Below are positions 20,184-29,656 of a DNA stretch of 64,000 nucleotides, in pieces. The stretch spans positions 184,333 through 248,332 of IMG/VR virus record IMGVR_UViG_3300028260_000001. The stretch is one strand, 5' to 3'. This DNA comes from a virus (Duplodnaviria; Heunggongvirae; Uroviricota; Caudoviricetes). The number at the start of each line of letters is the position of its first letter. The first letter of the stretch is position 1. Both the position numbers and the translations under genes were made by a program. Under the pieces are notes generated by a model that ran no database searches, was not told the DNA's origin, and saw only the letters and a list, made by a program, of their open reading frames with translations.

Positions 20184-20858
20184 TCAGAGAGGGGTCTTTG
20201 GATTAATGCCGACGATTTGTTGTTCAGGGTTATAGCAGAAAAACTTATCGCAATTCACAGTCATGACTGTAGAAATGTAACGCTTGAGTTCAGTAAAGGG
20301 CATCACACGTCCCATGTATTCGCAGTCCAAAGCTGGATTGCAATGCACGTAGTAAACGCCCTCAGCTTGCTCTTCAGGGATGTATTCGCCATCAGGTACG
20401 TCATTGTACTCTGGCAAGATCTTAACGCCACGAATGGGGTAAGAACTCGCTCTAGGGCCATTGCCGTACTTAACCGCGGTAGTCTCACCGGATAACGTAG
20501 CCAAGTAAAATCCTTTTGGGATATACCAGTACGAGACTTCGTTGGATTCGGTGTACCCTCGAGATTCCCCATAGTTCGTTTGGCAGATTGTACCTATACA
20601 AACTACTTCATCGTAGAGGCGAACGTTAAATGCCTCGGTTACATCACCTGATGTAGTGGTTACACCAACTTCTCCTTCCTCAGGATAATTAGCCCAGCCA
20701 CAGAAACCATATTGTACCTTTTCGTTGTACGTGCAATGTGCAAGCTTCGGCACGAACTTCGAATAGAACACAGGAACCCCAACATAACGCAGAGGTTCAG
20801 CAGCATACGACACTGCGCAGATGAACAGCATTGCAATCAGAGCGAGTACGCGCATCAT
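20184..20858 (-). CDS. secreted/periplasmic Cys-rich protein
   Basis: Sec-type signal peptide MMRVLALIAMLFICAVSYA-A; paired Cys motifs. Confidence 0.75.
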   Translation of the reverse strand: MMRVLALIAMLFICAVSYAAEPLRYVGVPVFYSKFVPKLAHCTYNEKVQYGFCGWANYPEEGEVGVTTTSGDVTEAFNVRLYDEVVCIGTICQTNYGESRGYTESNEVSYWYIPKGFYLATLSGETTAVKYGNGPRASSYPIRGVKILPEYNDVPDGEYIPEEQAEGVYYVHCNPALDCEYMGRVMPFTELKRYISTVMTVNCDKFFCYNPEQQIVGINPKTPL

Positions 20859-21259
20859 TCAGCCTTAACCAGTTTAGTGTTACCTTCAACACGGATCACT
20901 TGGAATGCCTCGATCCGACCATTCTTACGGCAACCACAAACGTTACCGTCTTCCACACAGAACCAATTGGTAATAGCACTGGCTACTTCCAAATATTCTT
21001 CAGCATCATTGATCTTGATGATACCTGGGATGTCTTCATCGAGTGATTGCAGTTCCACTACGATGGTATTTGTTTGCATGCCGTTAGCCAACCGGGCAAT
21101 GCGACGTTTCTTCCGATCTTTGAATACGAATCCGTGATCACCGATCGTCAGGTCAACGACAGAACCGTTACCGAAGTTACCAGCACCCATCCCCATTGCA
21201 TTAACACGAAGGATAACTTCTTCCAGTGTCTTCAACCGTTCACATTTGAATACGATCAT
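20855..21259 (-). CDS. hypothetical protein
   Basis: 134 aa ORF, coupled overlaps. Confidence 0.7.
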   Translation of the reverse strand: MIVFKCERLKTLEEVILRVNAMGMGAGNFGNGSVVDLTIGDHGFVFKDRKKRRIARLANGMQTNTIVVELQSLDEDIPGIIKINDAEEYLEVASAITNWFCVEDGNVCGCRKNGRIEAFQVIRVEGNTKLVKAE

Positions 21260-21534
21260 AATGCCAGTTCCCCAGGGTTAGCTACACCAATAGATTTCTT
21301 TTTATGCCGGAAGGTCATCAAGTAGACTTCCTTAGCATGTGAGTTCATTGTCTTGAGAGGTGGAGTGAACAATTTCCACCCAATGCCTTCCATGTAATCG
21401 TAGAACGATGCCAATGGTGGATAAGACATCGACAATGACGCGTATCGTCCTCTTAGGTTCATTACATAACCAGCGCCAGTTAAGCCACCACCGACATGGG
21501 TATCGCGTTTCAGAATCAAATGTTTCGACATCAC
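21256..21534 (-). CDS. hypothetical protein
   Basis: 92 aa ORF, GAGG SD. Confidence 0.65.
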   Translation of the reverse strand: MMSKHLILKRDTHVGGGLTGAGYVMNLRGRYASLSMSYPPLASFYDYMEGIGWKLFTPPLKTMNSHAKEVYLMTFRHKKKSIGVANPGELAL

Positions 21535-21550
21535 AACCTCACGAAATAAA

Positions 21551-21568
21551 GCAGCCCCGAAGGGCTGC
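21551..21568 (-). terminator. hairpin terminator, UUCG loop
   Basis: GCAGCCC-TTCG-GGGCTGC then TTTATTT. Confidence 0.85.
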
Positions 21569-21570
21569 CA

Positions 21571-21819
21571 TTATTCTGTTTCAACTTTGACTGTGCGCAG
21601 CAAGCAGTAATACTTACGGAACTTAGCCTGTGAAATAGTAAACCGATCAGCTCGTTCTTCTTTAGCGAAGGCGAGTTGTACATCCCGGTTAGTGACCTTC
21701 TCCAGCGTAACTAGAGTTTCACGATTGTTCTTCTTGGTACTGAAGGTACGGTTGAGGAATTCGTTAAGGTCTCCTAGTTCAGTGGCAGGTACGTGAATGG
21801 TTTTCTTACTGACTTGCAT
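21571..21819 (-). CDS. hypothetical small basic protein
   Basis: 82 aa ORF, AAGGA SD. Confidence 0.7.
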   Translation of the reverse strand: MQVSKKTIHVPATELGDLNEFLNRTFSTKKNNRETLVTLEKVTNRDVQLAFAKEERADRFTISQAKFRKYYCLLRTVKVETE

Positions 21820-21831
21820 TGGTTATCCTTG

Positions 21832-22902
21832 TTATTCGGCTACAGCTTCAGCAGTTTCGGCTGGGGTGTTTTGACGTTCACGGATGAGATCCATCTGGTG
21901 ACCGTAGTGGAAGATGCTGTGCATGTTGGTACGCAGTTGTGCACGGTTCTGACCGAGGAACAGACCAGGATCTTGGATCTGGTTGAAGATCGACAGTACA
22001 TAGGATCGTGCGACTGGCAGGTAACGTTCAACTTGTTCTGAGTCATGGTTGAACAGAGCAGGTACTAGGTTCTCAGCCAGGAAACCTTCAACAGCTTCTT
22101 CCAGGTTGAAAGGTGCTTCTTCTTTCACTGGCTCAGCGGCAACACCACCATCCAGTTCGCGGAGCTCTTCTGGGATCTCGATCCCTTGTTCAGCAGCCGC
22201 AGTAGCTTCTTCACGTTTTGCTTCTTGCTCAGCGAATTCACGGGCTTGTTCTTTTGCTTGTTTCAGTTGAGCTTCGATACGCTCGACGATGTGATCGGCC
22301 AGTTCATCTGGAGACTTGGTAGCGTCGAGGGTAATGCTGGCAGGATGTTTCTGGAACATCTTGTAAGCATTCGAAGTTGCTTGCAGTTCTTCTGGAGTAC
22401 GGGACTCGTAGAAGTCCAGTTCACGGTCAGTCAGACGAGCTTTACGAACAGCTTCGTCTTCGATATCCAGGATTACGCTGACTGGTTCGATGACGGTGCT
22501 ACCGATGTACGGCATGGTATCCATGAACAGTTGATAGAGTTCAGGATTGGTTTCCATGTACGGCATCACGTTCAGTGCCAGAGTCGACATGAAGAAGCGC
22601 TCGCACAGAACAACTTTACCAGCGTACAGTGCTGGGAGAATAACTTTCTCGATGTGTTCTTTGCGGTAAGCTTGGTGCAGCAGGATGTGTGTAACGTGCT
22701 CCAGTGGTTGCTCGCGTTTCAGCAGCAGTTGTTGACGCAGAACTTCGCCGAGTTCGGTACCACCTGGTTCACGGGTATGGACGAATTCAATACCTTTGGC
22801 AGTCAGCTTTTGAACTACCTTTTTTGCTACGGTGCCTTTGCCAGTACCTTCATCACCTTCCAGGACAAAGAAAGGAGCGACGAATTGAACATCTTGAGTC
22901 AT
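21832..22902 (-). CDS. tmk: thymidylate kinase with C-terminal extension
   Basis: LEGDEGTGKGT P-loop, TREPGGT, VLCERFFMST; about 150 extra C-terminal residues. Confidence 0.92.
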   Translation of the reverse strand: MTQDVQFVAPFFVLEGDEGTGKGTVAKKVVQKLTAKGIEFVHTREPGGTELGEVLRQQLLLKREQPLEHVTHILLHQAYRKEHIEKVILPALYAGKVVLCERFFMSTLALNVMPYMETNPELYQLFMDTMPYIGSTVIEPVSVILDIEDEAVRKARLTDRELDFYESRTPEELQATSNAYKMFQKHPASITLDATKSPDELADHIVERIEAQLKQAKEQAREFAEQEAKREEATAAAEQGIEIPEELRELDGGVAAEPVKEEAPFNLEEAVEGFLAENLVPALFNHDSEQVERYLPVARSYVLSIFNQIQDPGLFLGQNRAQLRTNMHSIFHYGHQMDLIRERQNTPAETAEAVAE

Positions 22903-22938
22903 CTATTTACAGCCTCTTGAATAAAAAAGAATTGAGCA

Positions 22939-22958
22939 TTGGGTCCCGAAGGACCCAA
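22939..22958 (-). terminator. hairpin terminator, UUCG loop
   Basis: TTGGGTCC-TTCG-GGACCCAA with downstream T-rich tract. Confidence 0.85.
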
Positions 22959-22992
22959 GCTTTGCAGCGGTGTTCCTATTCCATTATAGGAA

Positions 22993-23409
22993 TCAGTATT
23001 TTTCCATAGCGCCACCGACCATGCGGTGACGACCATTCTTGGTTTCAGGCTTCTTGTAGCTCAGCGCCGACTTGTTGTAGTCAGGGAAGGCACGCTTGAC
23101 GTTGTCACGCAGGAGGTAAAGAACTTGTGCATCTTCGATGCTACGGGACTTACTCAGCATCGAACCAAAACGATCGGTACCGTTGTAGACGAGTTTATCA
23201 CGTCCGTTGTAGTAAGCGTACAGGGAAGTAGAGCCCAGTTTGATTTCGAGTTCGATAGCACCGCTCTTACGAACTTGTGCACGAATCTCACGACCGTGTA
23301 CTGCGACGTTACGTACGACGTTACCAGAACTACCAGTGGTAACACGCCACAGGTGTTGACGCAGTTTCAGCAGCAGCTTTTCAACAGACAGGTTTTTGCA
23401 AGAACTCAT
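22993..23409 (-). CDS. hypothetical basic protein (paralog of 23423..23842)
   Basis: 138 aa; shared motifs, see findings. Confidence 0.75.
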   Translation of the reverse strand: MSSCKNLSVEKLLLKLRQHLWRVTTGSSGNVVRNVAVHGREIRAQVRKSGAIELEIKLGSTSLYAYYNGRDKLVYNGTDRFGSMLSKSRSIEDAQVLYLLRDNVKRAFPDYNKSALSYKKPETKNGRHRMVGGAMEKY

Positions 23410-23422
23410 TGTGTTTCCTTAC

Positions 23423-23842
23423 TTAACTAATCCGAACGGGTGGTACCCATTCGGCTCGAGGTTCGGTATAACCAGGAAAATTGTGTTTGAGGGCTTTACG
23501 CAGGTACTTCAATACCGCAGGTTGAGACAGCTTTAGGGAACGGGTAATTCCCAAAAAGGTCTCTCGACGCGTACCTTCCATCATAACCTTATCGCCATTG
23601 ATGCGAACATCCAGGAGATAAGGATCGGTTTCGTAGAACCCACGCCCAGCTACGCATACCCGTACCCAACCACGCTTGGACACTTCAACATGCAGTGTAT
23701 GGGTATGTCTTTCTAAGTGGCGTGTCACTCGCCCATCGGTGCGGGAGCTCTCATGTCGCAGGTAATTGCGCAAGAGTGTAAGGTTCTTTATGAGTGCCTT
23801 TTCCGTCAACGTTAAAGCCTGTGGTGATGTTTTCTTCGCCAT
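23423..23842 (-). CDS. hypothetical basic protein (paralog of 22993..23409)
   Basis: 139 aa. Confidence 0.7.
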   Translation of the reverse strand: MAKKTSPQALTLTEKALIKNLTLLRNYLRHESSRTDGRVTRHLERHTHTLHVEVSKRGWVRVCVAGRGFYETDPYLLDVRINGDKVMMEGTRRETFLGITRSLKLSQPAVLKYLRKALKHNFPGYTEPRAEWVPPVRIS

Positions 23843-24272
23843 CTTTACATCTTCCTACTTGACAAGCGATGTTCCATGGACGACCCGGTGCAGAGATCAT
23901 CACATGTCCACCATTCCAATGTACGATTACTTCAAGAGGTGCGCCAATCGGCACATGGAAGTGTGCATGGTAAACGTTACCATAGATTCGTTTAAGCGGG
24001 AACTGACCAGGCAGCTTAAATGGTTCGTACCCGTCTTTACGCGAATAGATGTAAACATCCCACACATACAACGGTTGTTCTTTATGCGCTACATGAACCT
24101 TGGTGATGCCATGAGAACGTCGAGCAAGTATAGCCTGTTTGCGCTTTAACTGTGCCTCAGTCACCAGTGCCAAACATTCAATAGCATCACGTTGGAGCAA
24201 CAGCTTCTCGCGAAAACCGTTACTCACTTGCTTTTGTACGCTTGGTAACAACAACCTGCACGAGGTTGCCAT
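23751..24272 (-). CDS. hypothetical protein
   Basis: 173 aa ORF; start uncertain; overlaps both neighbours. Confidence 0.6.
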   Translation of the reverse strand: MATSCRLLLPSVQKQVSNGFREKLLLQRDAIECLALVTEAQLKRKQAILARRSHGITKVHVAHKEQPLYVWDVYIYSRKDGYEPFKLPGQFPLKRIYGNVYHAHFHVPIGAPLEVIVHWNGGHVMISAPGRPWNIACQVGRCKDGEENITTGFNVDGKGTHKEPYTLAQLPAT

Positions 24273-24387
24273 GGCTGATGCGTTTAGCTACACGCTCGGC
24301 TGCATCGATGCTGTGGTTGTCACAGTTCATGATGATTGCACCGTGTTTGTCTACGAACAGCTTAAATGGACGTGCTTCTTGAAACAT
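24220..24387 (-). CDS. small hypothetical protein (55 aa, MFQEARPF...)
   Basis: Trimmed from ORF 24220..24564; ATG 24387 follows AAGGAA SD and the upstream stop. Confidence 0.6.
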   Translation of the reverse strand: MFQEARPFKLFVDKHGAIIMNCDNHSIDAAERVAKRISHGNLVQVVVTKRTKASE

Positions 24388-24397
24388 GGGAAGTTCC

Positions 24398-24838
24398 TTA
24401 GAAATCGAGTTTATTGAATTCTGGATGCTCTTGACGCCAACCGCCGCGTGCTTGCCATGCGCGGTGTTCACGCTCAAGTTTGTCGTGGTATTCTTTATCC
24501 TTAGCCTGTTTGTAAGCCAGCGCGTTCCGGTAGACAAAGCTGTTAACAATCGGACCAGTAACACGTACAGCTACAATACAGGTCTTTACCAAACGCGATA
24601 CAAGATCCAGCTGTGGTTTACGATGACCTTCCGGTAGAGGTGCAAATACTGGTATAAGTCGATCCACCTTGTAACGCACAGGCATGGATGAGTATGACAT
24701 CTTCAGATCAGGATAACGGTAGAGGTTGTACCAGATACCGTGGCCTTCGGGAAGCATATTCTGTTCTTGCTTGAGGACATGTTGAATATGGAAAGATGCG
24801 CGTTGACGATCCATCCCACTGATATCTGGCAACTTCAT
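24398..24838 (-). CDS. hypothetical protein
   Basis: 146 aa ORF, AAGGA SD. Confidence 0.75.
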   Translation of the reverse strand: MKLPDISGMDRQRASFHIQHVLKQEQNMLPEGHGIWYNLYRYPDLKMSYSSMPVRYKVDRLIPVFAPLPEGHRKPQLDLVSRLVKTCIVAVRVTGPIVNSFVYRNALAYKQAKDKEYHDKLEREHRAWQARGGWRQEHPEFNKLDF

Positions 24839-24847
24839 TACGAATCC

Positions 24848-25270
24848 TTACGAGTTGATGTTTGCGAACTGGTCACCCAGGTACGACAGCACACGCTTCA
24901 CGTCTGCGGTCTTGTGTTTGGTTTCAACTGCCACTACGGTGTGGTCTTTTGCATCACGGTTGAACAGCACGCTGACGCTGGTGGAATTGCCTTGCTGATA
25001 GTTGAAGCCAACTTCCACTGCATCTGGATTGGCCTTGAAGTGATCGACTGCCAGTTCGCCACCAACATAAATCATACCACCCAGCAGCTTGGCGTCTTCT
25101 TTCTCGATCTTACCGTAGGTTTCAGCCGAAACACCCAGCGGATCGAGGACCAGCACTTGACGAATGTCAGCTGGGATCGTGTACAGGCCAGCGTCGTTGA
25201 TCGAAATCTTGGCGCGCAGGTCGTTCTTCTCGGCGTAAGATACAGCTTGAATCTTGGATACATCGGACAT
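24848..25270 (-). CDS. hypothetical early protein, probably highly expressed
   Basis: 140 aa, strongly biased codons, directly after an early promoter. Confidence 0.8.
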   Translation of the reverse strand: MSDVSKIQAVSYAEKNDLRAKISINDAGLYTIPADIRQVLVLDPLGVSAETYGKIEKEDAKLLGGMIYVGGELAVDHFKANPDAVEVGFNYQQGNSTSVSVLFNRDAKDHTVVAVETKHKTADVKRVLSYLGDQFANINS

Positions 25271-25303
25271 TACAGGTATTTCCCTTTTGTGGATTGCAGT
25301 ACA

Positions 25304-25323
25304 GTTATATAGATCTGAGTTTG
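25304..25323 (-). promoter_or_regulatory. early promoter variant
   Basis: AAACTCAGATCTATATAAC, near-identical to the 26725 and 51277 copies. Confidence 0.7.
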
Positions 25324-25326
25324 TTT

Positions 25327-25821
25327 CTACTTGCCGATGTACGGATAGCCGACAATATCAGCTACCTTATCGATCTTTTCCAACCACTCTGGATCGGTGA
25401 GCTGATTGGAGTTTTGGTACACGATGCCATTTTCCAGCTTGATGAGTTCGATACCGATACGGCTACTGTGTGCAGCGTATTTATCGGTGAGTTCATCATA
25501 GCCAACGCGATAGCCTCGGTTAATACCGATTACCAGTTCGTCGAGCTCGACAGAAACCCACATGCGGCGTTCGTGTGAAAGCCCATGAGTTTGGATCTTA
25601 CAATCGCAACCGAAGACTTCTTTGACGACTTGCTTGAAGTAGTTACGGCGTGCTGCGAATGGACCGGTTAGGTTCATGTTGTTCAGCACGTGAATCAACC
25701 ACGAGGCACGATCGATACGATCGCGTGGATTACCGATCTTTTCATCAGTAATTGCCTGGATTTCCAGGTCGTATTCCTTATGGGATGGATTGATACGCAG
25801 ATCAGGAATAGACTGTTGCAT
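25327..25821 (-). CDS. hypothetical protein
   Basis: 164 aa ORF, AAGGAA SD. Confidence 0.75.
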   Translation of the reverse strand: MQQSIPDLRINPSHKEYDLEIQAITDEKIGNPRDRIDRASWLIHVLNNMNLTGPFAARRNYFKQVVKEVFGCDCKIQTHGLSHERRMWVSVELDELVIGINRGYRVGYDELTDKYAAHSSRIGIELIKLENGIVYQNSNQLTDPEWLEKIDKVADIVGYPYIGK

Positions 25822-25830
25822 TTTGATTCC

Positions 25831-26691
25831 TTAGATAGTGCGGAGGTTAACGGAGATTTCGAGGACAGTGTCGCTGGCTGTTGCTGTGGGGGTAACAGTA
25901 TACCCTTTATCCACTAACGAATTCTTCAACAACTTGCGAATTACTTGTTGTACACCTTTAGCCAGGTGGCTGTCAGAATAACTGAACGTCATTACTGGAT
26001 CTTTATTGTCATCGATATCGAAAGTCCAGCTATTGGCATCAACGAGTTTGGCGAAAAGATCCCGGCGAACTTGGTTGTAGTCTGCCACACCTTGTACACC
26101 TAAGAGCGTATGCAACAAACCTTCGGCTGTACCGAAGTTAGAACTACGCTGGCCAGTGCCGGAAGAGTATTGGGTTTGCTGACCAAAACCAGGACGAATC
26201 ATTTGTGGATCATGCCACTGGAACAACCCAGGCATACCAGGGCCAGGATGGAATGGCGAATCCCCAGGCCTCATCCAACCGGGATGGACGTTAATTGGTG
26301 TACCACATACATGTTGACGAACCAGTCCACGACCCTGGTTATAGCTGTTCAATACAGCGCCTGCGGGCTGCGCACCACCTGGGAAATGAATTAGACCCAT
26401 CGGGTCATAGAACACGAAGTCACCATAGCTGCACATCTCGGTAATCGAGAACATGCGATTCATATTGGAACGACGGAGATCATCTGGAGTCCAGTTACGA
26501 CCTTCCATACCCCAGATGTGCCAGATGCCTTTGTTGGTTTCCACGTCCATACAGACCATGTGGTGCAACGTGGCATGACCATCGAAATACGTATCGTATT
26601 TGAAGTTATAACCTTCATAGTTCACGGCACGTTTAGCACGCAAAAGTTGGAAGGCTTCGATAACGTTCATTACATTAAAATTAGATTGCAT
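25831..26691 (-). CDS. hypothetical early protein with Pro/Gly-rich linker
   Basis: 286 aa ORF downstream of an early promoter. Confidence 0.8.
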   Translation of the reverse strand: MQSNFNVMNVIEAFQLLRAKRAVNYEGYNFKYDTYFDGHATLHHMVCMDVETNKGIWHIWGMEGRNWTPDDLRRSNMNRMFSITEMCSYGDFVFYDPMGLIHFPGGAQPAGAVLNSYNQGRGLVRQHVCGTPINVHPGWMRPGDSPFHPGPGMPGLFQWHDPQMIRPGFGQQTQYSSGTGQRSSNFGTAEGLLHTLLGVQGVADYNQVRRDLFAKLVDANSWTFDIDDNKDPVMTFSYSDSHLAKGVQQVIRKLLKNSLVDKGYTVTPTATASDTVLEISVNLRTI

Positions 26692-26724
26692 CTGTATCTG
26701 ACCATGCTAGTTAATATCAATGTA

Positions 26725-26744
26725 GTAATATAGATCTGAGATTT
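26725..26744 (-). promoter_or_regulatory. early promoter
   Basis: AAATCTCAGATCTATATTAC. Confidence 0.8.
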
Positions 26745-26760
26745 TATTAAAACATCATAA

Positions 26761-26780
26761 GAGTTCCCCGAAGGGAACTC
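26761..26780 (-). terminator. hairpin terminator, UUCG loop
   Basis: GAGTTCCC-TTCG-GGGAACTC then TTATG. Confidence 0.85.
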
Positions 26781-27057
26781 ACGTATGTCCGTAAAGTCCT
26801 TGCAGTGACATCCAACGTCCGTTAGTCCAAACCCAGTAAACATCCCGTACTTGGTAACCTTCTCCTTCCTTTGGATCCTTTGGTAGATCCGCAGTAGAAA
26901 TCAAAGTACGCATACCGCCTTTAGCGACTGGTTCGTTGTCTTCCCAAATCGTAGCCCCCTGTGGATCTAACGGTTTGTTTACGAGTTGATCTTTCTCTTC
27001 TTCGGTGTAATGTACTTGTTCGTTTGATGCTAGCCATCTAGATAATGATCGGTTCAT
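26779..27057 (-). CDS. hypothetical protein
   Basis: 92 aa ORF, AAGGAG SD. Confidence 0.75.
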   Translation of the reverse strand: MNRSLSRWLASNEQVHYTEEEKDQLVNKPLDPQGATIWEDNEPVAKGGMRTLISTADLPKDPKEGEGYQVRDVYWVWTNGRWMSLQGLYGHT

Positions 27058-27084
27058 GTGGTGATCTCCTTAACACATCATAAA

Positions 27085-27104
27085 GGCTATCCCGAAGGAT
27101 AGCC
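27085..27104 (-). terminator. hairpin terminator, UUCG loop
   Basis: GGCTATCC-TTCG-GGATAGCC then TTTATG. Confidence 0.85.
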
Positions 27105-27111
27105 GATAAGA

Positions 27112-27549
27112 TTAATCGCGGATCAGTTGAACTGCCAGTTCGATAACCAGTTGTTCTTGGGACTTGCTCAAGCCCAGTTCTTTCTCGCGGATAGCGCGCA
27201 GAACTGCAGCCTTCTTCTTCATGAAGCCTTCACCGGATTCTTCAGCTACACGGGCAGCTTCTGTGATGGAGTAGGCAACCTGGTAGTTATCACCGACCAG
27301 GCTGAGGAGCAGGGCAGACGTTACTTGGTTAGAGCCAGCACGGGCACGGGCGCGCAGGGTGTCATGGAAGAAAGTTTCCAGGCGGCTAGCGCCAACCATA
27401 AGACTCAGTGGTTGTTCACGTAGTGCGGTGGCGTGTTCATCTTCAACGGTTTTACGGGTCAGGTCAACGACTTCACCTTTGATAGCAGCCAGAGCATCGG
27501 TGCCCAGCAGTTTCAGACCGAGGTTTTGCAGGAAGGACAGTTTAGACAT
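27112..27549 (-). CDS. hypothetical protein
   Basis: 145 aa, optimised codon usage. Confidence 0.8.
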   Translation of the reverse strand: MSKLSFLQNLGLKLLGTDALAAIKGEVVDLTRKTVEDEHATALREQPLSLMVGASRLETFFHDTLRARARAGSNQVTSALLLSLVGDNYQVAYSITEAARVAEESGEGFMKKKAAVLRAIREKELGLSKSQEQLVIELAVQLIRD

Positions 27550-27589
27550 TGCAGAATTCCACTTGAGGTTTTTGGGAAGGACACGATAG

Positions 27590-27618
27590 TGTCTACATTA
27601 GATCACTACCGCGAGTAT
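27590..27618 (-). promoter_or_regulatory. candidate (middle?) promoter, copy 1
   Basis: Plus strand TGTCTACATTAGATC-N8-GAGTAT, identical to 54505-54533. Confidence 0.45.
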
Positions 27619-27627
27619 TCTTTTCCA

Positions 27628-29607
27628 TTAGAACCGATCAGTAGAAGCCGCGAATGCAGCGATAGTTCGAGCAACATCACCATCCAATACCCATGACATG
27701 AAGTTAGACGGACTACGCCAGGATTGGAATGCTTGAACTTGTTTAGCAATGTTCAGGTTCAGTCGTTTGCCAGCGTAATAGAAATCTGCCCAGGATTGAG
27801 AAGTCAACGTAGCGGTGTAATCGTTGAACAACGATTGTTCATCCCACACTGCACCGTTGGTTAAAGCAGTAACCGTATTCAGTGTAGATTCACCAACCAT
27901 CTCAGCAGCCGTAGCAGCTGCACCACGAACAGCTGTACCCAACCACGATGCCGAAGCAAAGCCAGCTTTCAATGGAATGTGCATGATCTTCGACAAGTCT
28001 TTCACGGAGATCTGAACTTCACAGTTTAACATTTCGTTATCTGCGTTCCAACCTACGTGACCAGTACCTCGACGGATTGTCAACGAATCGATAATCGCGA
28101 GTTGCTTTTGGTTACGACCTTGGTGGAACAACTGACAGATAAATGGAGCAGTGTATGCAGAGCGACCAGCTGAACGCGGTAGCGCCATTGGCAGGATCAT
28201 AGCCAGCGGTAGATAGATGTTCAAGAACCTCGACATCTTGTTACCATGAGCACACACGAGAGGAATCGTGTAAGATGCCGTTGGCAGAGAAGCCATTGAG
28301 GATTCCCAGTATTCCGGTACGTCAACGAATGCAGAGCCTGCCAGTGTTGCAAGACCTGACATGTTCACCATGTCGAGTGCACCACCTACAAAACTCGATA
28401 CCGCTTGGAATGCACCACCGATAAGATCTGTGACGTTACCTTGCATGAAGTTGAACTGAGCTGCACGACCTTCCGTTACTTTCGTGTTCAGTGTTTGAGC
28501 AACACCTACCGACGTAGTGGACGATGTAAAGGATTCCGATTGTTCTCCGTTAAAGTCTGCACGCAATGTGACGAACTGCATGCCATCTCGTTGTGCACCC
28601 GTAATGAAGTTGTAGACCTTCGACAGATCACCCCATTCACTAAACTTCTCAGAGTCGATGACTGCTGATTCCCCTACTGGGTCAGCTTCCAGGTATTTAA
28701 GGAAGTATTCACGAGTCGACATGTTTGGTGTCGGGTCTTTGTAATACTTCGATAGCTCCGTGTTCATACCTGCACGGAGTTCTTGAATGTTCCGTGCTTT
28801 CTCAGCCATAGCTTCCCAAGCCTTACGAGCTTCGTCAGCTTTACGTTGAGCACGACCCGCTAGAGCCATTACGTCAACACCCCCATTCGGAGTAAACAAA
28901 CCTGGCATCAATGTGTGCCAACGCTTCATGTCTTCTACTGTTACGGTCTGACCAGGATCTGCCATCTGGGATTGGGAATCTGGATCAGTATATAGCCGAG
29001 GTTGTAGACCCATGTTAATAGCGAACTCGTTAGCGAGTGTATTAACAGCAGACCAATACGCATGCATCGTTGGTTTGAAATAGAACCACTTCGATGGAGA
29101 TGATTTCGATAGGAACGACAGTACACGAGATACTGCAGTGATACCAATAATGAATGGCTGTACTGGTAAGGACACTACGAACGACAATGTGTTACCCAGG
29201 TTGTACCACAGGTCAGTAGTCTTACCTGAGTTAGCAAAGGTAGCTGCAGAACGGTCGTAGAAGTTAGTGAAGAAAGATGCCCAGCTAGAGAATCGGGGAA
29301 CACCAAACGACATGTGTAGCTTTTGTGCTAAGTCGTCATGTGCTTCCGAATAGTATCGTCCCATACCGAGACGTTTGTTTTCCGCAGTACGACCACGACC
29401 AGGCTGACGAATATCAGCATGACGGGTATACTGAGGTAAGTTGTTAATGGTAAAGTTACCACCGGGTGTAGTGTTTGTAAATTTGAAAGCTGCAGAGTTT
29501 GCAAAGCGACGACGGGTTTCAGAACCGAACGATACTTGGTTAGTAGACGTTGGTAACAGGAATGCTTGTCGTAGCCAAATTGGTGTATCAACTGTTGGAG
29601 TTGCCAT
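27628..29607 (-). CDS. virion structural protein (phiKZ gp182-like, tail/baseplate)
   Basis: Real start MATPTVD at 29607; the ORF-track extension crosses a terminator and another gene; syntenic with the tail lysozyme gene. Confidence 0.75.
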   Translation of the reverse strand: MATPTVDTPIWLRQAFLLPTSTNQVSFGSETRRRFANSAAFKFTNTTPGGNFTINNLPQYTRHADIRQPGRGRTAENKRLGMGRYYSEAHDDLAQKLHMSFGVPRFSSWASFFTNFYDRSAATFANSGKTTDLWYNLGNTLSFVVSLPVQPFIIGITAVSRVLSFLSKSSPSKWFYFKPTMHAYWSAVNTLANEFAINMGLQPRLYTDPDSQSQMADPGQTVTVEDMKRWHTLMPGLFTPNGGVDVMALAGRAQRKADEARKAWEAMAEKARNIQELRAGMNTELSKYYKDPTPNMSTREYFLKYLEADPVGESAVIDSEKFSEWGDLSKVYNFITGAQRDGMQFVTLRADFNGEQSESFTSSTTSVGVAQTLNTKVTEGRAAQFNFMQGNVTDLIGGAFQAVSSFVGGALDMVNMSGLATLAGSAFVDVPEYWESSMASLPTASYTIPLVCAHGNKMSRFLNIYLPLAMILPMALPRSAGRSAYTAPFICQLFHQGRNQKQLAIIDSLTIRRGTGHVGWNADNEMLNCEVQISVKDLSKIMHIPLKAGFASASWLGTAVRGAAATAAEMVGESTLNTVTALTNGAVWDEQSLFNDYTATLTSQSWADFYYAGKRLNLNIAKQVQAFQSWRSPSNFMSWVLDGDVARTIAAFAASTDRF

Positions 29608-29631
29608 ATTGGAACCTTTAGACAAAATAAA

Positions 29632-29649
29632 GCCTACCCGAAGGTAGGC
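29632..29649 (-). terminator. hairpin terminator, UUCG loop
   Basis: GCCTACC-TTCG-GGTAGGC after the 2334 aa gene. Confidence 0.85.
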
Positions 29650-29656
29650 CCTAGAT

